From contig JAVECO010000040.1 of NCBI GenBank assembly GCA_051942205.1, positions 1-64,000 on the forward strand: 64,000 nt of DNA, in the 5' to 3' direction. Positions 1 to 13,631 of the stretch are shown one piece after another. Numbering within the stretch: the first letter of the stretch is position 1; the number at the start of each line of letters is the position of its first letter. A program made the position numbers and the translations under genes. This stretch comes from Coniocarpon cinnabarinum (lineage: Eukaryota). Below the pieces are notes generated by a model. The model saw only the letters and a program-made list of their open reading frames with translations, searched no databases and had not been told where the DNA came from.

Positions 1-456
1 GCCTCTCACAAATCACAGCAGTCGATGCCCAGCCATTCGCCCACCAAATGTACCTGACCATGATGCTCATCTCCTGCGCTGGCTTCGGCGCGTCGCACTT
101 TCTTTCTTGCCTTTGATCTTCAGCTTCTCCTCCCCGTACATCGCTGCAAGCTTCGCTGCTCTCGCACGCCTTTTTCGTCGGCGCCGTGTCACCGCACTCA
201 ACTTTCTCGTCACTCACTGCTCCAATTTCATCATCCTCACGTACCACGAACACATTCACCAATTTCTTGGCCCTTTCGCAAACTCCCTTGGTTGCCCGAG
301 AAACAAGATTCTTCATCAGCCAAATCATACCAGCACTGTCTGCCTGAGGAGCATACAGCAGGTTACGCGCATCTCCGCAGTAACATCCAAGTGCTAGCAG
401 CAGAGCAACCCACCTGTTCATATCTTCAGCGCCACTAGAGCCTGTGCGCTTCCGCT

Positions 457-1072
457 ATGGCGCGCTCGTCCACGACCATATCTTTCCGCGCCACCCGTGA
501 GCGCTATGTCTGGCCGGACGCCGCCATCAACATTTGGATCATCATCATGCTCGCAACAGCTGGTGTCCTAATCGGCGTCTTCGCGGCCTTCATCAATATT
601 CAGAACCATTTCCGCGTCAGCGTACCTTGGTAAGTCAGCCGTCGGATCACTCGATGCAAGCATGCAAGCTAACGCGCATCTCAGGATTTTTCCTTTTGGT
701 ATCACAGTCGGCGGCCTGACCATCCTCTTTATCGTCTTCCTGCTCGTCCTCATATCCATTCGACGACTCCTCCCGTCTGTCATACTTGTTTTTAGCTTCT
801 TGCTGTTCGCGCTCTACCTCACAGGTCTAGTTGAGACTGCGATCCAGCTCTTCTCCTCCAGCTCAAATGTCAACAGCAACTGTCAGAATTACGTCCTCGG
901 CTCACCCGTGTACGGACAGACTCTCAACACTCTGGCATGGCTCGAGCAGCAGGGCATTTGCCAGAGCTGGTACGCTGCATTTTCTTTTTGGATCATCGGT
1001 GCTGTGTTCTTGGTGTGGCTGTTTGTCATTGCCTTGACAGTGAACCAAGCACGAGTTGACTTTTACTCGTGA
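457..1072 (+). CDS. Small four-helix membrane protein (MARVEL-like), 2 exons (457-629, 685-1072)
   Basis: ATG at 457. Intron GTAAGT..GCTAAC..CAG at 630-684 joins W|IFPFG in frame with ORF 662..1072. Four hydrophobic segments. Confidence 0.75.
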
Positions 1073-1307
1073 AAAGCGGAGACGCAAAACTTGAGGTGAA
1101 CAGAAAAGAGAGTGACAATTCTGGCGAGTCAGGACCTTGCATCCGATGATCGCTCTGTGCAGTTGCTTAAAGGGATCCATGTTGCGCTTGCGCTGGTTTC
1201 CTGACTTCTGTCCACGCCATCTGTACATACTCTTGTGGGAGCTCTTGTCTGGCATTATATCTGCACCACATTTGCTGGTCACAGCGACAAGACCAGCAAA
1301 ATCCAAT

Positions 1308-2139
1308 ATGCCTCCAGTACTGAGATTCAACCCACCTGGAAAATTCCAAAGAGACAAGCTCGCGAAGAGTCAATCAACCCGTCCAGCGCGCAATACTGTC
1401 AGAGACCCACGTGCTAGTGGCAGCTATGTCCATGAGTACGTTACTCGATACCTACAGCCAATAATCAGAACTAATTGGACAAAGCAGGTTCTCGAAAAAC
1501 TGGGTCGTGATCCGTGCCGGTGATCCCAAAAAAGATTTCAGTGTCCACAGGGACATCCTTACTGCGAGGTCGCCCTATTTTCGTGCCATGTTCAGCAAGC
1601 CCTTCGCAGAAGCGAAAACGGGGGTTGTCAATCTCATTCGTGATGAGTCCAGCGTTGTGCATGCCTACCTGCATTACGTTTACCACAACACCATCCTCTT
1701 TGATCCTAGCGGCACAGATATTGAAGATAATGACTGGTTCCCGCCGATAAAACTTTGGCTTTTCGGCGACAAGTATCAAGATGTTGATTACGCGGATCGT
1801 GTCATGGACGCAATAATTCATCGGACTCGTGATATGGATGAGAACGGGGCAAGCTCATTTCCAATCCGAGAAGCAACAAAGCTCGTATACGAGAACACTG
1901 TATCAGCCAGTTGTCCACTACGGCGGATCATTGTTGCACAACATATGAAATATGGCCGCCCTGAGTGGTATGATGACGAGGATTGGGACATTACCGACTC
2001 GGCTTTCCTGCTGGAGTTGGCGAAGGCTTTTTTCCGAAAGCGCATGGGTACTGCACCTGCGGATCCTGACAATGTACACGACACATGTGCCTATCACCTG
2101 CACGCAGACGGACAATGCTACAAGGACAAGCAATCTTGA
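1308..2139 (+). CDS. BTB/POZ-domain protein, 2 exons (1308-1435, 1488-2139)
   Basis: BTB motif FSVHRDILTARSPYFRAMFSKPFAEAKTGVVNL..YLHYVY. Intron GTACGT..CTAAT..CAG at 1436-1487 keeps frame. Confidence 0.8.
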
Positions 2140-2636
2140 CTGATCGATCAGGGCGAAATCTACGTGCGTCGAGTGACAGTTGCCACTGAGACGAATGACA
2201 TGATGTATATTTAACAGTTTGCATAATGATACCCCACCCAATTGGGTAGTCCATTTGAACAGCACAAGTTTGACCACATGTCTTCCCTGCTATTCAACTC
2301 CCGTTTCCACGTGATCAGAGTAATGAGCCGTCGAAGATATAAACGCTTGTAGCAGTCTTTGCCACGGGTTTCAGCGGTGACGCTGCCACAAATGTTAACG
2401 GTGACACCGTAGGTTGGTTCATGTTCATTTTTGCAATCTCTTGCGATTGAACTCTTTCGCTTCGAACTTGCTCTACAGCAATGCTATGCAATGCTAGCAC
2501 TGACCGACATCGCGCCTGTACGACTTCGAACGAATTCACAAATGTCATCCTAGCGTATCGACGCCCTCGGCCATTCGCACTACTTCTAGGGGATTGTATT
2601 CGCTGATCCTACGACGTTGTATGGTTCGACGACAGC

Positions 2637-4441
2637 TCACCACCCATTTTCCTGCACATCAGCACGCAGCAGAACTTCACCTACTGGGTTACCATGCTCT
2701 CGTAGAACCTTCCACGACCCTTTGCCGTAGTGTTCTGGGGCTACTTTGACCCCGCGTCCACCTCCTCCAATGATGAGATTACCGGGCCGATACGACGAAT
2801 CATGATCCATTCGCTTCAGTGCTGAAGAGTGAACCCAAGCATCCTTCGGAATATCGCGCACTTCTCCACATGGCAGTGGCCACCTAATGGGCGCCCATGT
2901 CCCATCGTCTCTCAGGTCCATCCGTCGAAAAGGAAGATACTCCATGGCTTTCCATGCAAGAACGCCCGTTCCTGGCGTTCCACGCTTGAATGACAGAGAG
3001 TCGTGAATCATGCCCTGAGTACTTGCTGCGTGAAGTAAGTCGCAGGCCTGCTTGAAGCTATCGGTATTAACGTCTCCTTGTTCCCCATCGACGCGGATCT
3101 CCGGAGGCCCGCCTTCATCAAAGTTTGGTTCAGTAATAGGATCCAGATTAAGGTCATCTAGAAGAAAGCCAGCATCTTGTAGCGCGCTTTCATCGAATGG
3201 CATCCCGGCTTTACGCGCTTCACGGATCATCCAAAGAAGAGGTGCATGGCTCAGACCGGCGCGCATCCCCGGTTCTGGCCATCCCCCGCCGATGTCTGCA
3301 TGACACCCTGGAAACCAGATCTCTTGAACATCTTGTTCCTCTAGCTCATCATCTTCCTCCTCGTCGGTCACAAACGCTGGCTCCTGAGCCGCCGTGGTAG
3401 AATTGATTGACACGTTCGACGGCATCCTTGAGACGGTCTTTGACACTGGAGGGGCGAGGGCGTTTCTTCTCGGCTTAAAGCGCAGGTCTGCCGTATTACT
3501 GCGCTGCGGAGGCGTCGGTCTGTCGTTGTCTTTCTCACCAGCACCATTGGACTTGCCGTTGGCAGTTACTGCATACCCCTTCTTCTGTGAGATGAGGTTC
3601 TGTCTAAACTTGGCTCGACGTTCGTCGATAGCTACAGCGTGACGAATGATCTTCGCGGAGCTCTTGGATGTGTAGGGATACCTCGCGCGCTTGAGCCACG
3701 CTGTTTCGAAGCGAGGGACACTGTTCTATTGCCAACTCTGTCAGCTGGAATCACAAAGGGAGCTTGCATGATTCAGAAAGAGACATACGACGGTGTCGAA
3801 CAAGCCGAGGAACCTGATCCGTCGGACTGGCCGAGAGAATGTTTCTCGAAAGGCTCGCAGAAATTCGTAGGTCTCCTTTTTCTTTTTCTTCTGTTCTGGC
3901 GTTTCGTCGAGCCTAGTCTGCCATTCGGCAAAAGCTTTCCAGGCAAAGCGCAACATTTGATCATTACCACGGCTCAGAAGACCAACCGAATCCAGCATTT
4001 GAGCCAAAAAGCGTGCAATGTACGCTGTATAATGCCATGAGCAACCTCTATCTGGCGAACTTCTCGTGAGTCAGACCTACCTCCTCGACTGAAGCCAAAG
4101 AAATAAATGTCGTCTCCCTCCTCATAGTTCTCCATCAAGAACTCGTATCCACCCATGACGTGACGGTCAAAGCTTGTTCCGACCGCTTGATCCTTCGCTT
4201 TCAAGTACCAAGAGCGCAGCCGAGCAAGGTGGCTGGTCTTTGACAGAGCACTGTCTTCAATGTAGGTGCCTATCCCCGGTTGATAGTAGCTATGGATGGA
4301 TGCGCTTTGCCTGTCAATCATGGCAAAGATCTTTATGATGTTTGAATCACCGGAGTTGCCCTGGAACTTGTTACCAGTACCGTCAAAGCAGAGGATCAAG
4401 GCTCGCCGCCGATGCCCCGGAAAATGGGTGTTGGCCTCCAT
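2637..4441 (-). CDS. DUF2235 (Tle1-like) alpha/beta hydrolase, spliced
   Basis: Family motifs LILCFDGTGN, YYQPGIGT, FGFSRG (nucleophile elbow), FLGLFDTV and WFPGCHADIGGG spread over ORFs 3974..4519, 3741..4007 and 2637..3446. Confidence 0.88.
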
Positions 4442-5919
4442 TGCTGACCAACGTAGCAGATTGATGAAAACGATCAAAGTGAGGGCACAAAGAGGAGCAA
4501 TATTCAAGCCGGGCAGCACGGTAGTCCAGGTCGATGGAGGCGTCTTTAGTATTGTGAATCAATGATTCGATGTTGGTTGATACTTGCGGGGGCAGCAGCA
4601 GGACGCTGGTTCACATTACGCGAAAGCACAATGCTACCAATGCCTGGGCGCGAGCTAATCAATGAGGTCTCACAGCAGCACAGCATACACCGCAGTTCAC
4701 TGCCTTTCCCCCGTTGCGCGGCGCAACTCCTCACGGATGACTTGGTAAGCGGAGCACAGATACAGATCCGTCCTCGTTCGGGCTATTAGGCTACCAACGG
4801 TCGCTATCGCGTGGCGCATCTGCATTCATATGATCGCCAAGGCGCTGAGCCAGACCTGCAGAGGATGCAGATTCGTCTAAGCGCTGCATGTCTCAAGAGC
4901 ACGCAGAACAAACGAACCACACCGTCCGGTCCAGTGCTCTCGACATCGATTTGTAAAGCTGGGTCTCAAGCGCGACAAACGGGAGCTGAAGTCGGAGCAA
5001 AAGCGGACACACGATGCGCGAAGCGGCGTAGAGAAGGTCACGTCCTCACTGGCTCGTCCAATGCACTGGTGCCACATTTCGTAACGGTAGAAACGTTCCC
5101 CGGTACCTCTGCTGTGTATGGCTGCTCACTGTTGACTACGGCACCAGGTTTGAGTAGCACGCTCGCCGTCGGGCGTTGGCCGCACCCACGGCAATCTCCT
5201 TTGCACATCCATCTGTCGCTGCCCGTTGACGCCGCGTGTTGGCCATTGCTGGCGAGTCGACCTTTGGGACTTTTCACGAGCGTGTTGCACAGCAGCTTAG
5301 GGTGGATGACTGGTCAAACGTACCCGAAAGCAATGCAGGTGCGACTCGTGGTCATTGGTATGGGAATTCGTCTGGTAGGAAGACGGCAGCAGCAGCAGTG
5401 TAGCACAGACTGACGTCTCTACACAGATGTTCCGATCAGGCTGATCCATTCTTGACATGACACAGCGAATTAAGCCTTAGCTCGTGCAGGGACCTCATCT
5501 GCGGCTGGCTGAACTGAGACCATCGTCGACGACTATCACTTCATTCCTGCCCCGAGGATGAATCGTCAAGCCATGTCTATCACAAAGATTTGGTTGGCCT
5601 CGCCGGCGAGATAGACCCACTCCAACTCTTCAGACCGCCATCTGACGGTTACCAAACGCTGCAGCACCCCAACCCCTCACCCTCGATAGCAATGAATGAG
5701 GAAATCGGCTAAGTGTAGCTGACAAAACGGAGAATAGTGGGGATGTCTTCGTCCTGCGAAGATCCAATGGGTCGACGCCTTCGTACTAGTCCTAGCTCTT
5801 GCCTTGGCGCCTGCCACTGGATCATGCTTCAAGACTTCTTCTCATCTGCCTGTCTCTTCCTTGCTCCATGCTATTGAGCATCCTTGCTCCGTTCCTGCAG
5901 CCTTTCGAACTGCTCGAAC

Positions 5920-8900
5920 ATGTCTTCCATTTTCCGTCGCCTTTCACAGGCCGTCCGCAACAAGGACAAAAATGCAGACGAGAAGAGAGCAAAACGTAAG
6001 TCTACGGCCAATGGCTCACTCATGACCAATGGAAAGTCACTCGGAGATGGATGGCCATTGGAGAATGGCAAGATCAATAGCAGTGATGATGCCACTCACG
6101 GTGATGCCACCAAGTTCGATAAGGGCAGCACTGACGCCGTGGCTGGGTATCCTGATCCACCAGATCATGGACAGAGCCGGCTGGACATTGCAAAGGCTGT
6201 GAACTCTCTGAGCAACCTTGTTTCACATTCCATGCGACCAATGCCGGACAAGTTTGGAGACAGCTCGTATGACAAAGAGGAACCTCACCCAAGTGTGTTT
6301 AAGGAGCTTCGCACCATTGGTGTTGGAGATGTCGAGGCTCTGGCAGAGAAGCTGCAGGTGGGCAAGGACCTCGTCGATGATAAAACTATGCTTGTGAGTC
6401 TGCGAGCCAATTGTGACCGCACAGTAGTGCTGACACGTTTTGCTTAGATGGAGCACATTATCCAACTTGTAGCAGATCTGCCAGATAAGTCGATACACCG
6501 GTCTCAGCTTACGAACCAATTCGTCGATCAGCTATACAACTCGTTACAACATCCACCACTGTCATATCTTGGAGACGAATTCAAGTATCGGCGCGCCGAC
6601 GGCTCTGGCAACAACGTCATGTTTCCTCACATTGGGCAAGCAAACATGCCGTATGCTCGCACCGTCCAACCAGAGACCATTCAGCCAGGAGCTTTGCCCG
6701 ACCCAGGGCTCGTCTTTGATAGCGTGTTTGAGCGCAAGAGCTTTCGCCCGCACCCCAATAAGAATTCGAGTATCATCTTCTACTGGGCCTCAATCATCAT
6801 TCACGACCTCTTCCAGACCGATCATCACGATTTTAGCAAGTCGCAAACCAGCTCTTATCTCGACCTCTCGCCCCTCTATGGTGATGTGCAGGAAGACCAA
6901 GACCGAATACGTACCTTCAAGGATGGCAAGCTCAAGCTCGATTGCTTCGCAGAGCACCGCCTTCTCACCTTCCCGCCGGGCTGCGGTGTTATTCTTATCA
7001 TGTTCAATCGATTTCACAACTTTGTCGCGGACAACCTTGCCATCATTAACCAAGGCGGGCGCTTTTCCAAGCCAAATCCCAACCTGCCTTCTGAGCAACT
7101 CAAAAAAGCGTGGGCTAAATATGACAACGACCTCTTCCAGACTGCCCGCCTCGTCACAAGTGGCCTCTACATGAACATTACGCTCATCGACTACGTTCGC
7201 ACGATTATCAACCTCAACCGCAGCAACTCGACGTGGACACTCGATCCTCGCGTCAAAGAAAGCGATACTTGCTTCAATGACGATGGCACTCCACGTGGTA
7301 TGGGTAATCAAGTGTCTGCCGAGTTCGCGCTCGTCTATCGCTGGCACTCTGCAATTTCCGAGAAGGACGACCGCTGGACGCAGGCGTTGTTCAAGAAGAT
7401 GTGGGGCAAGCCCGCCGACGAGGTGTCCATGCCCGAGCTCCTTGGCGGTCTCGCTAAGTGGGAGGCTGAAATGCCAGACGATCCGCATGAACGCGACTTC
7501 CACGGGCTGATGCGTGAAGACAATGGCAAGTTCTCGGATGATGAACTCGTGGACCTCGTCTGTGACTCCATTGAAGATGTCGCTGGCGCATTCGGTGCAA
7601 ATCATATACCCAAGGTCATGAAGTCGATTGAGATCCTCGGCATGCGACAAGCTCGTGCGTGGGACGTCGCCAGTCTGAACGAGTTCCGCAAGTTCTTTGG
7701 ACTCCAACCACACAAGAGCTTCGACGACGTGAATGACGATCCCAAAGTCGCAGAACAGCTCAAACATCTATACGAGCACCCCGATAAGATCGAACTCTAC
7801 ACCGGCCTCATCGCAGAGAAGTCTAAAGAGCCCATGCCCAAGTCTGAAGGCGGTCCCGTTGGCGTGGGCATCAGTCCAACCTATACCATCTCTCGCGCCA
7901 TTTTGTCTGATGCTGTTGCTCTTGTCCGGGGCGACCGTTTCTACACGATCGACTACACGCCCAGGAATCTGACAAACTGGGGCTTCTCGGAGGTGCAGTA
8001 CAACTTTGACGTGGAGCAGGGTTGTTCGTTCTCCAAGCTCTTCTTGCGCGCGTTCCCGAACCACTTCAAGCCCAACTCCATTTACGCGCATCAACCCATG
8101 ACGGTTCCCGAGGAGAATCGCAAGATTATGCGCTCTCTCGGGCGTGAGTCGCATTACTCGTATGATCGACCGACGCGCATGGCCCCGCGCGTGATGATTC
8201 AGAACTATCGCGGCGTACGGCAGGTGCTTGAGGATCAAGCCACGTTTAAAGTCACATGGGGCGATGCGACCGAGTATGTCTACGGCCGCGGTGGGCGTGA
8301 CTTCATGTTGAGTGGAGACACGAGGTTCTATGGCAGACAGAGACAGGAGATGGGTCGGTCGCTGTACAAGGAGCAGTGGCAAGGTCATATTCGTGAGTTC
8401 TATACGATGATCACGAAGAGCTTGGTAAGGGAGAAGAGTGTGAAGATTGCGGGGGTGTACCAGATGGATTTCACACGCGAGTGAGTTGATCTTTTTCTCT
8501 TCCTCCTTTGGCCGACACATGTCGCGACATCCGACGGCGAGAAACCGTCGCTTGATCTTTCCACAATGCTACAGGCCATTTACTCTCCTCAAAAGCCCCA
8601 AACTAACATGATCGCCAGCATCGGCAACCTCGCCCACACCCACTTCGCCGCCTCCATCTTCTCATTACCGCTCAAAACCGACCAAAGCCCACGCGGGATC
8701 TACACCGAGCACGAACTCTACCTCGTCCTCTCCCTCATCTTCGTCTTCATCTTCTTCGACGTCGATCCCGTCAAGACCTTTCCGCTCGCCCTTGCCGCTC
8801 GAGACGTGACGCAGCAGCTCGGCAAGCTGATCGAAACGAACGTCTCCTTCGTCGCCAAGACCGGCTGGCTTAGCGGGATCACGGATCGAGTCTTCCAAAA

Positions 8901-9709
8901 GGAAGGTCCGTTGAAGGACTACGGCGTGCACATGGTGAGGAAACTCTTGGAATCTGGACAGTCAGCCGAGGAAGTGGCGTGGAGTCAGATTTTCCCAACA
9001 GCGACAGCCATGGTGGCGAATCAAGCGCAAGTTGTGACGCAGATTCTCGACTTCTATCTGAGCGGCGACGGACGGAAACATTGGCCTGCCATGGTGGAAC
9101 TGGCAACGACCCGCAGTTTCGAAAGCGAAGACGTGATCGAAGACAAACTTCGTCGTTACGCGATGGAAGCGATCAGACTGCTCGGCACATTCGGCTCGTA
9201 CCGCGCCGCGTCCTCTGACACGACGCTGAATGATGAGGGATTCAGCGGGATGAGGAACGTCAAGAAGGGAGATAAAGTGTTCGTCAGTTTCGTGAAGGCG
9301 AATCGCGATCCCGAGATCTTCCCGGAGCCCTTGGAAGTGAGACTTGATCGGCCGATGGATAGATATATTCATTATGGTGTTGGACCGCATCAGTGTCTGG
9401 GTAAGGATGCGAGTATGGTTGCTCTGACGGCGATGTTGAGGGTGATGGCGGGGATTAAAGGTCTACGACCAGCTGAAGGGCCGCAAGGTATGTCACGCTT
9501 CTACTACTAATCCTGGGAGAGGGGAGCATATCATGTGTTTTGTGGCATTTGTGATGGTGCTAAGATATGTGCTAACGTCTGACATAGGCGAGCTGAAGAA
9601 AGTACCCAGAGAAGATGGATTCTACGCATACATGACCGAAGACGAGGGGAAATACTTCCCCTTCCCCACGACATGGAAATTGTGGTGTGATGAGCTCCCC
9701 ACGGCGTAA
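5920..9709 (+). CDS. ppoC: Psi-producing oxygenase (heme dioxygenase-cytochrome P450 fusion), PpoC/10R-DOX-like, 4 exons
   Basis: Peroxidase domain (HPPLSYLG, IIHDLFQT, YRWH, ALVRGDR) followed by a P450 domain (ANQAQ, EAIR, ANRDP, HYGVGPHQCLG). Introns near 6394-6447, 8481-8618 and 9489-9587. Overall sequence and N-terminus resemble PpoC from memory. Confidence 0.88.
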
Positions 9710-11160
9710 TCCATGAGCTCAAACGATGACATCTTTCCTTGAGAAACCAAACCAGAATCGAGGTGTCACAGTACAGGCAGATGTAATAGCGGTCTAATAG
9801 GGGGCAGTGTGCTAGACTTGAATGTCGCTTCAAGGGCGCCATTTTGATACCGGATGGGTGGTTGGCGCACCAATCTGGAACAATGAAGAAATACCAAATT
9901 AATCAAGGGGCTAATGTGAGGCAAGTCGGGGGCTAATTCGGGTAATACTCAATATTGTTGAAAGCACCACGCGCCTTTTAACTTTACTCTTCCATTCTTC
10001 TCTTTCTCTTCTAAACTATGTCCATGTCCATTCCACGACTAGCCAAAGTTCAACGAGCATACGTTAATCACGGTAATTGAAACGAAAGCCGAGCGAGACC
10101 AGTCGAAGAGACGGTCGAGGATGATCTAGTTCTGAGATCTCGAAGACATCTCCATCCATCAAGTTACTAATCTAGCTGACGTTCGATCAAGAAGTGACCC
10201 ATCGCCAATTCGATCTCTACAACGACCATTCTCACAAAAGCGGGTCACTCGATGAAGCAAGTCTTGATCAAGAAGCAATAAGCAAGATGCATGTTAGCCA
10301 AGGACGCTGACGACTTTGATGTCATGGCGGCTTTGGTGTCGAGGCAGCTACAAGCGTCGTAATTATATACTTGGAAGAGATCCACATGCCCGGCAAGAGA
10401 GTGGACACTCAGGGATCAGATCCGAAGCGCTTGTCGATCGGGCGGCCGGACAAACACATCAATGGACGCATCCACGTACCCGAGGCGACAGAACCTTACT
10501 TGCTCCAAGCAATCAAGTCGTCGCGCTCTTATAGCCGGACATCTCAGCCAAACTCATCCTGTACATTTTTGAGATCTCTCACATTTTTCTCCCTCAAAAA
10601 GACGACTTTATCATGTTCACTAGTAGAAGGTTTTTCCGCTAATAAAGCTACATGACAGCAGTCTCAATTAGAAAACTCCATCCACTTTATAGTCAATGTA
10701 CGACTTGTTGTTCCAGCCGGGAATGTTGGATGCTATTGAGTGCAAAGCTATTCAAAGGCTGTTGGACGCATCGCTCTTTGCGAGCCAATGCAATATCTTC
10801 CCGGGTTCCAAGAAAACGCCGGAATACTTTCGCACGACTTCTTCTGTTCGAGACATTCAGCTCTCAGAGAGAACAGAAGGTAGCTGCGGTGAGACTTTGC
10901 GCTATAACAGCAGCAAGCAATTTTCTGTTGCTGTATCTTTCACTGATGAAACACTGGAAGTTGCCTAGTAAGCGACTCTTTGAAGCTGGGTTTGCTGTGT
11001 CAAGTCATCACCACATAGCATAGCACAGCACAGCAGCCTTGGACCTACTCTCCAACTCCTCAGTCTCACATTATCAATCGTCAGATCATCACCATCCAGC
11101 TCGCCCTTCACTCATACCGCGTAACCACCTAGGCTTTTGTCGACTGATCCCACGTCAAAC

Positions 11161-13631
11161 TTAGGTCTCTAACTCCACCCGACTTTGCAAAACCTTCCTC
11201 GCCTCATTCACATTCAACTGCGCGCATCCCACTTCCGCCAATACAACCCTCGCGTCTTCATTCGTCGCAAACACGCGCTTTTCCACGTCCCACAAGTCGA
11301 ACGCTCCATGTCGTGTCTCCGTTTCCCCCCTATCCGCCCCGGCCGCCTCCCCCTGCACAGGCAACAGCAACAGCCGCAAACTGTCCCCCGTCCTCCGTAG
11401 TTGGACCATCCCTGCTTTCCGACCCGTCACGGGCGCAGCCGCCCTCAATAAAGCGCCAACATCGACATTGAACTGCTGCGCGCCTTGGATACTGAAATCT
11501 CGGGCCAAGACCACGCGTTCAAACAGGAAATCATCAACCATGTTCATGACCGCTCTCAGGATCCGCCGCAACGGCGCGGCGCCCAGAGCTTTCGAAAGAA
11601 ACTCAAAACATTGTGAGAGTACTCTAATCGTGCCTTGTAGATCTGGACTCAATGCCAGATCCGCTTCGATGAATCCAGGTGTAGTCGACGCGAAAGACGC
11701 GGAGCGTGAGTACGGCCGCAGTGATTCTTTGACGGAACTGCGCAATGTCTCAATCATGGCGTCCTCAGCCTTGGCACGACGAACGGCGTAATGTCCCGTG
11801 GTTTCATCAAAGACGGATCGAGAACTTGCGTCCTCGTCACTGCCATTCGTCAAATGCGCAGACGTCTTGTCGGTAATCGTCGCGACATTGAGCAGTCCCG
11901 CAAAAACATCACGAGCGTCCGGCGACCGAAAGGTTGATTGAAGCTCTGACCACATTTCTAGAAAGAAAACGTCATCGCTCCAGTCAGCCATGGCGCGTTC
12001 GAGGTACTCAAGCGATCCATAGACGCGGGCGAGGCGGTCGAGGCCAGAAACACCCATGAGATTGGCCTGGTCTTGGGCTGAGACGCCTTGGACACGACCG
12101 AAAGCAGAGGTCATGGCGAGGAAGTCCCGGAGATGGGACGAGAGGTGAGAGTGAAATAAATCTAGGATGTCGAGCTGGACTTCGAAGAAGAAAGCGAAGC
12201 GGTGGGAGAAGGATGGGATGTCGCGATAAGTGTGCGTGAGAGTGGTCAAGAGGTCGTGCACGCGCATGGCGGCGGTAGTGGGGACGGACGTGTGTGATGA
12301 GTGAGTTGTCGATTCGAAGTCGAGCGTTGCTGTGGTCTTGTCATCGATGATGGTGTTGTAGCGGGCTAAGGCAAAGTCTTTTTCAACTTGAAGCCAGCGT
12401 GGGAAAACGTTGTGCTGCGTGAGGAGCTCCCACGTTAGACCTTTCCAGGTGCTGGTTGGCGAAGGAGAATAACGCCAGTCGTTGGTGAGTTTGAGATCAA
12501 AGTCGAGGAGCTCGGCGATGAGATGTGACAAGAGTTGTGGTTGAGAAGACACGGGACCGATGATAGAAAGTAGACGCTGGCGGACCATTGGAAGGAGAGC
12601 GTGAATGAAGGCAGTCGTTGCGTCTATGTAGACCGGCTGATCAAGTATTGTCGTCGAGCCATGAAATACTTGTAACAGAAGCGGCTGCAGATACTCGTTG
12701 ATGAAATCGATGTGGTCGTTCAGCATGTCGAAAAAGTTGTTGAGAAAATACTCCGGCTTGTCGAGACGGTTGGTTGGCCTGTCGCCACTGAAATGGTATT
12801 GGAAACGTGCGGCCATTGGTTCGATCATGACTTGGAGGGGATATAACGTCTCTGCCGGTGGCGAGTTTTGCATTTGGGCAGACTCGTCTTGGTATTCCAT
12901 GACTGGTTTTTGCAGTGCAAGCAGACGGCCGACAGCAGTATTGAACCCCTCCAGCAGGGACATTGGTAGTGCAACAGTCTTTTTAGGCCACAAAATTGTA
13001 TCCATGACTTGCTTCAACTGCTGAGCGAAAGTTTGTCTCATGTGTGATCGCAAATCAGTGACAGATCTCTCCACGAAGTCAAGAAGATGTGGTGCGGCGC
13101 CCTCGGCTGCTCGCTGTGACGCCAGCAGCTCTGTGAACAGCCTGTATAGGTCTGCGTGCTTGGCTATAGCGTCGCTTGGGTTGCTCTTAAGCTCGCGACG
13201 CGCTCTGTCGTTCAAGGTCTCGACATCTTGGAGCATGCGAAGGTACTGATCGGTGATGTCGAGCTTTCGCAGTGATTTGATATTGTCTTCAAAGCGTTCA
13301 ACGGCCTCATCTGCTGTATCCGAGTTTGTGATGATCGTGAGGCGGCGGTCAATGTCGGCCTGCTGCTGATTGAATGCAGAAGCTCTTCGCCGAGCCTCGT
13401 CTGCATGTTGGGTGGCCTCATGCTGGGATGCCTCGACGTCGTGCTGAGCTTCAACAAGCTGCCCTTGGTCAAGACAGATGACTGGTCCCACGAGGAGGGT
13501 CAGCTTACCTGCTGCTTGAGGAGCTCCTGCTGGTTCTCGACATTGGCAATCAGAGCGTCCAGGGCTTCAAAGTCGGCGAAGGTCTGGAACTTGTCGTTCA
13601 GGTAGTCTTCGATGCGCGTGTCAACAGCCAT
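11161..13631 (-). CDS. TIP20: RINT-1/Tip20 subunit of the Dsl1 ER tethering complex
   Basis: RFQYHFSGDRPTNRLDKPEYF motif. N-terminal exon MAVDTRIEDYLNDKFQT then one short intron near 13461-13509. Confidence 0.9.

Noticed and set aside
4811..5413. 200-aa ORF in the DUF2235-ppo intergenic region
   Set aside because: Non-ATG start, composition unlike neighbouring genes, and no domain.
6790..8520. Long antisense ORFs opposite ppo (and similarly 30848..31768 opposite PSE1)
   Set aside because: Expected shadows of strong codon bias on the coding strand.
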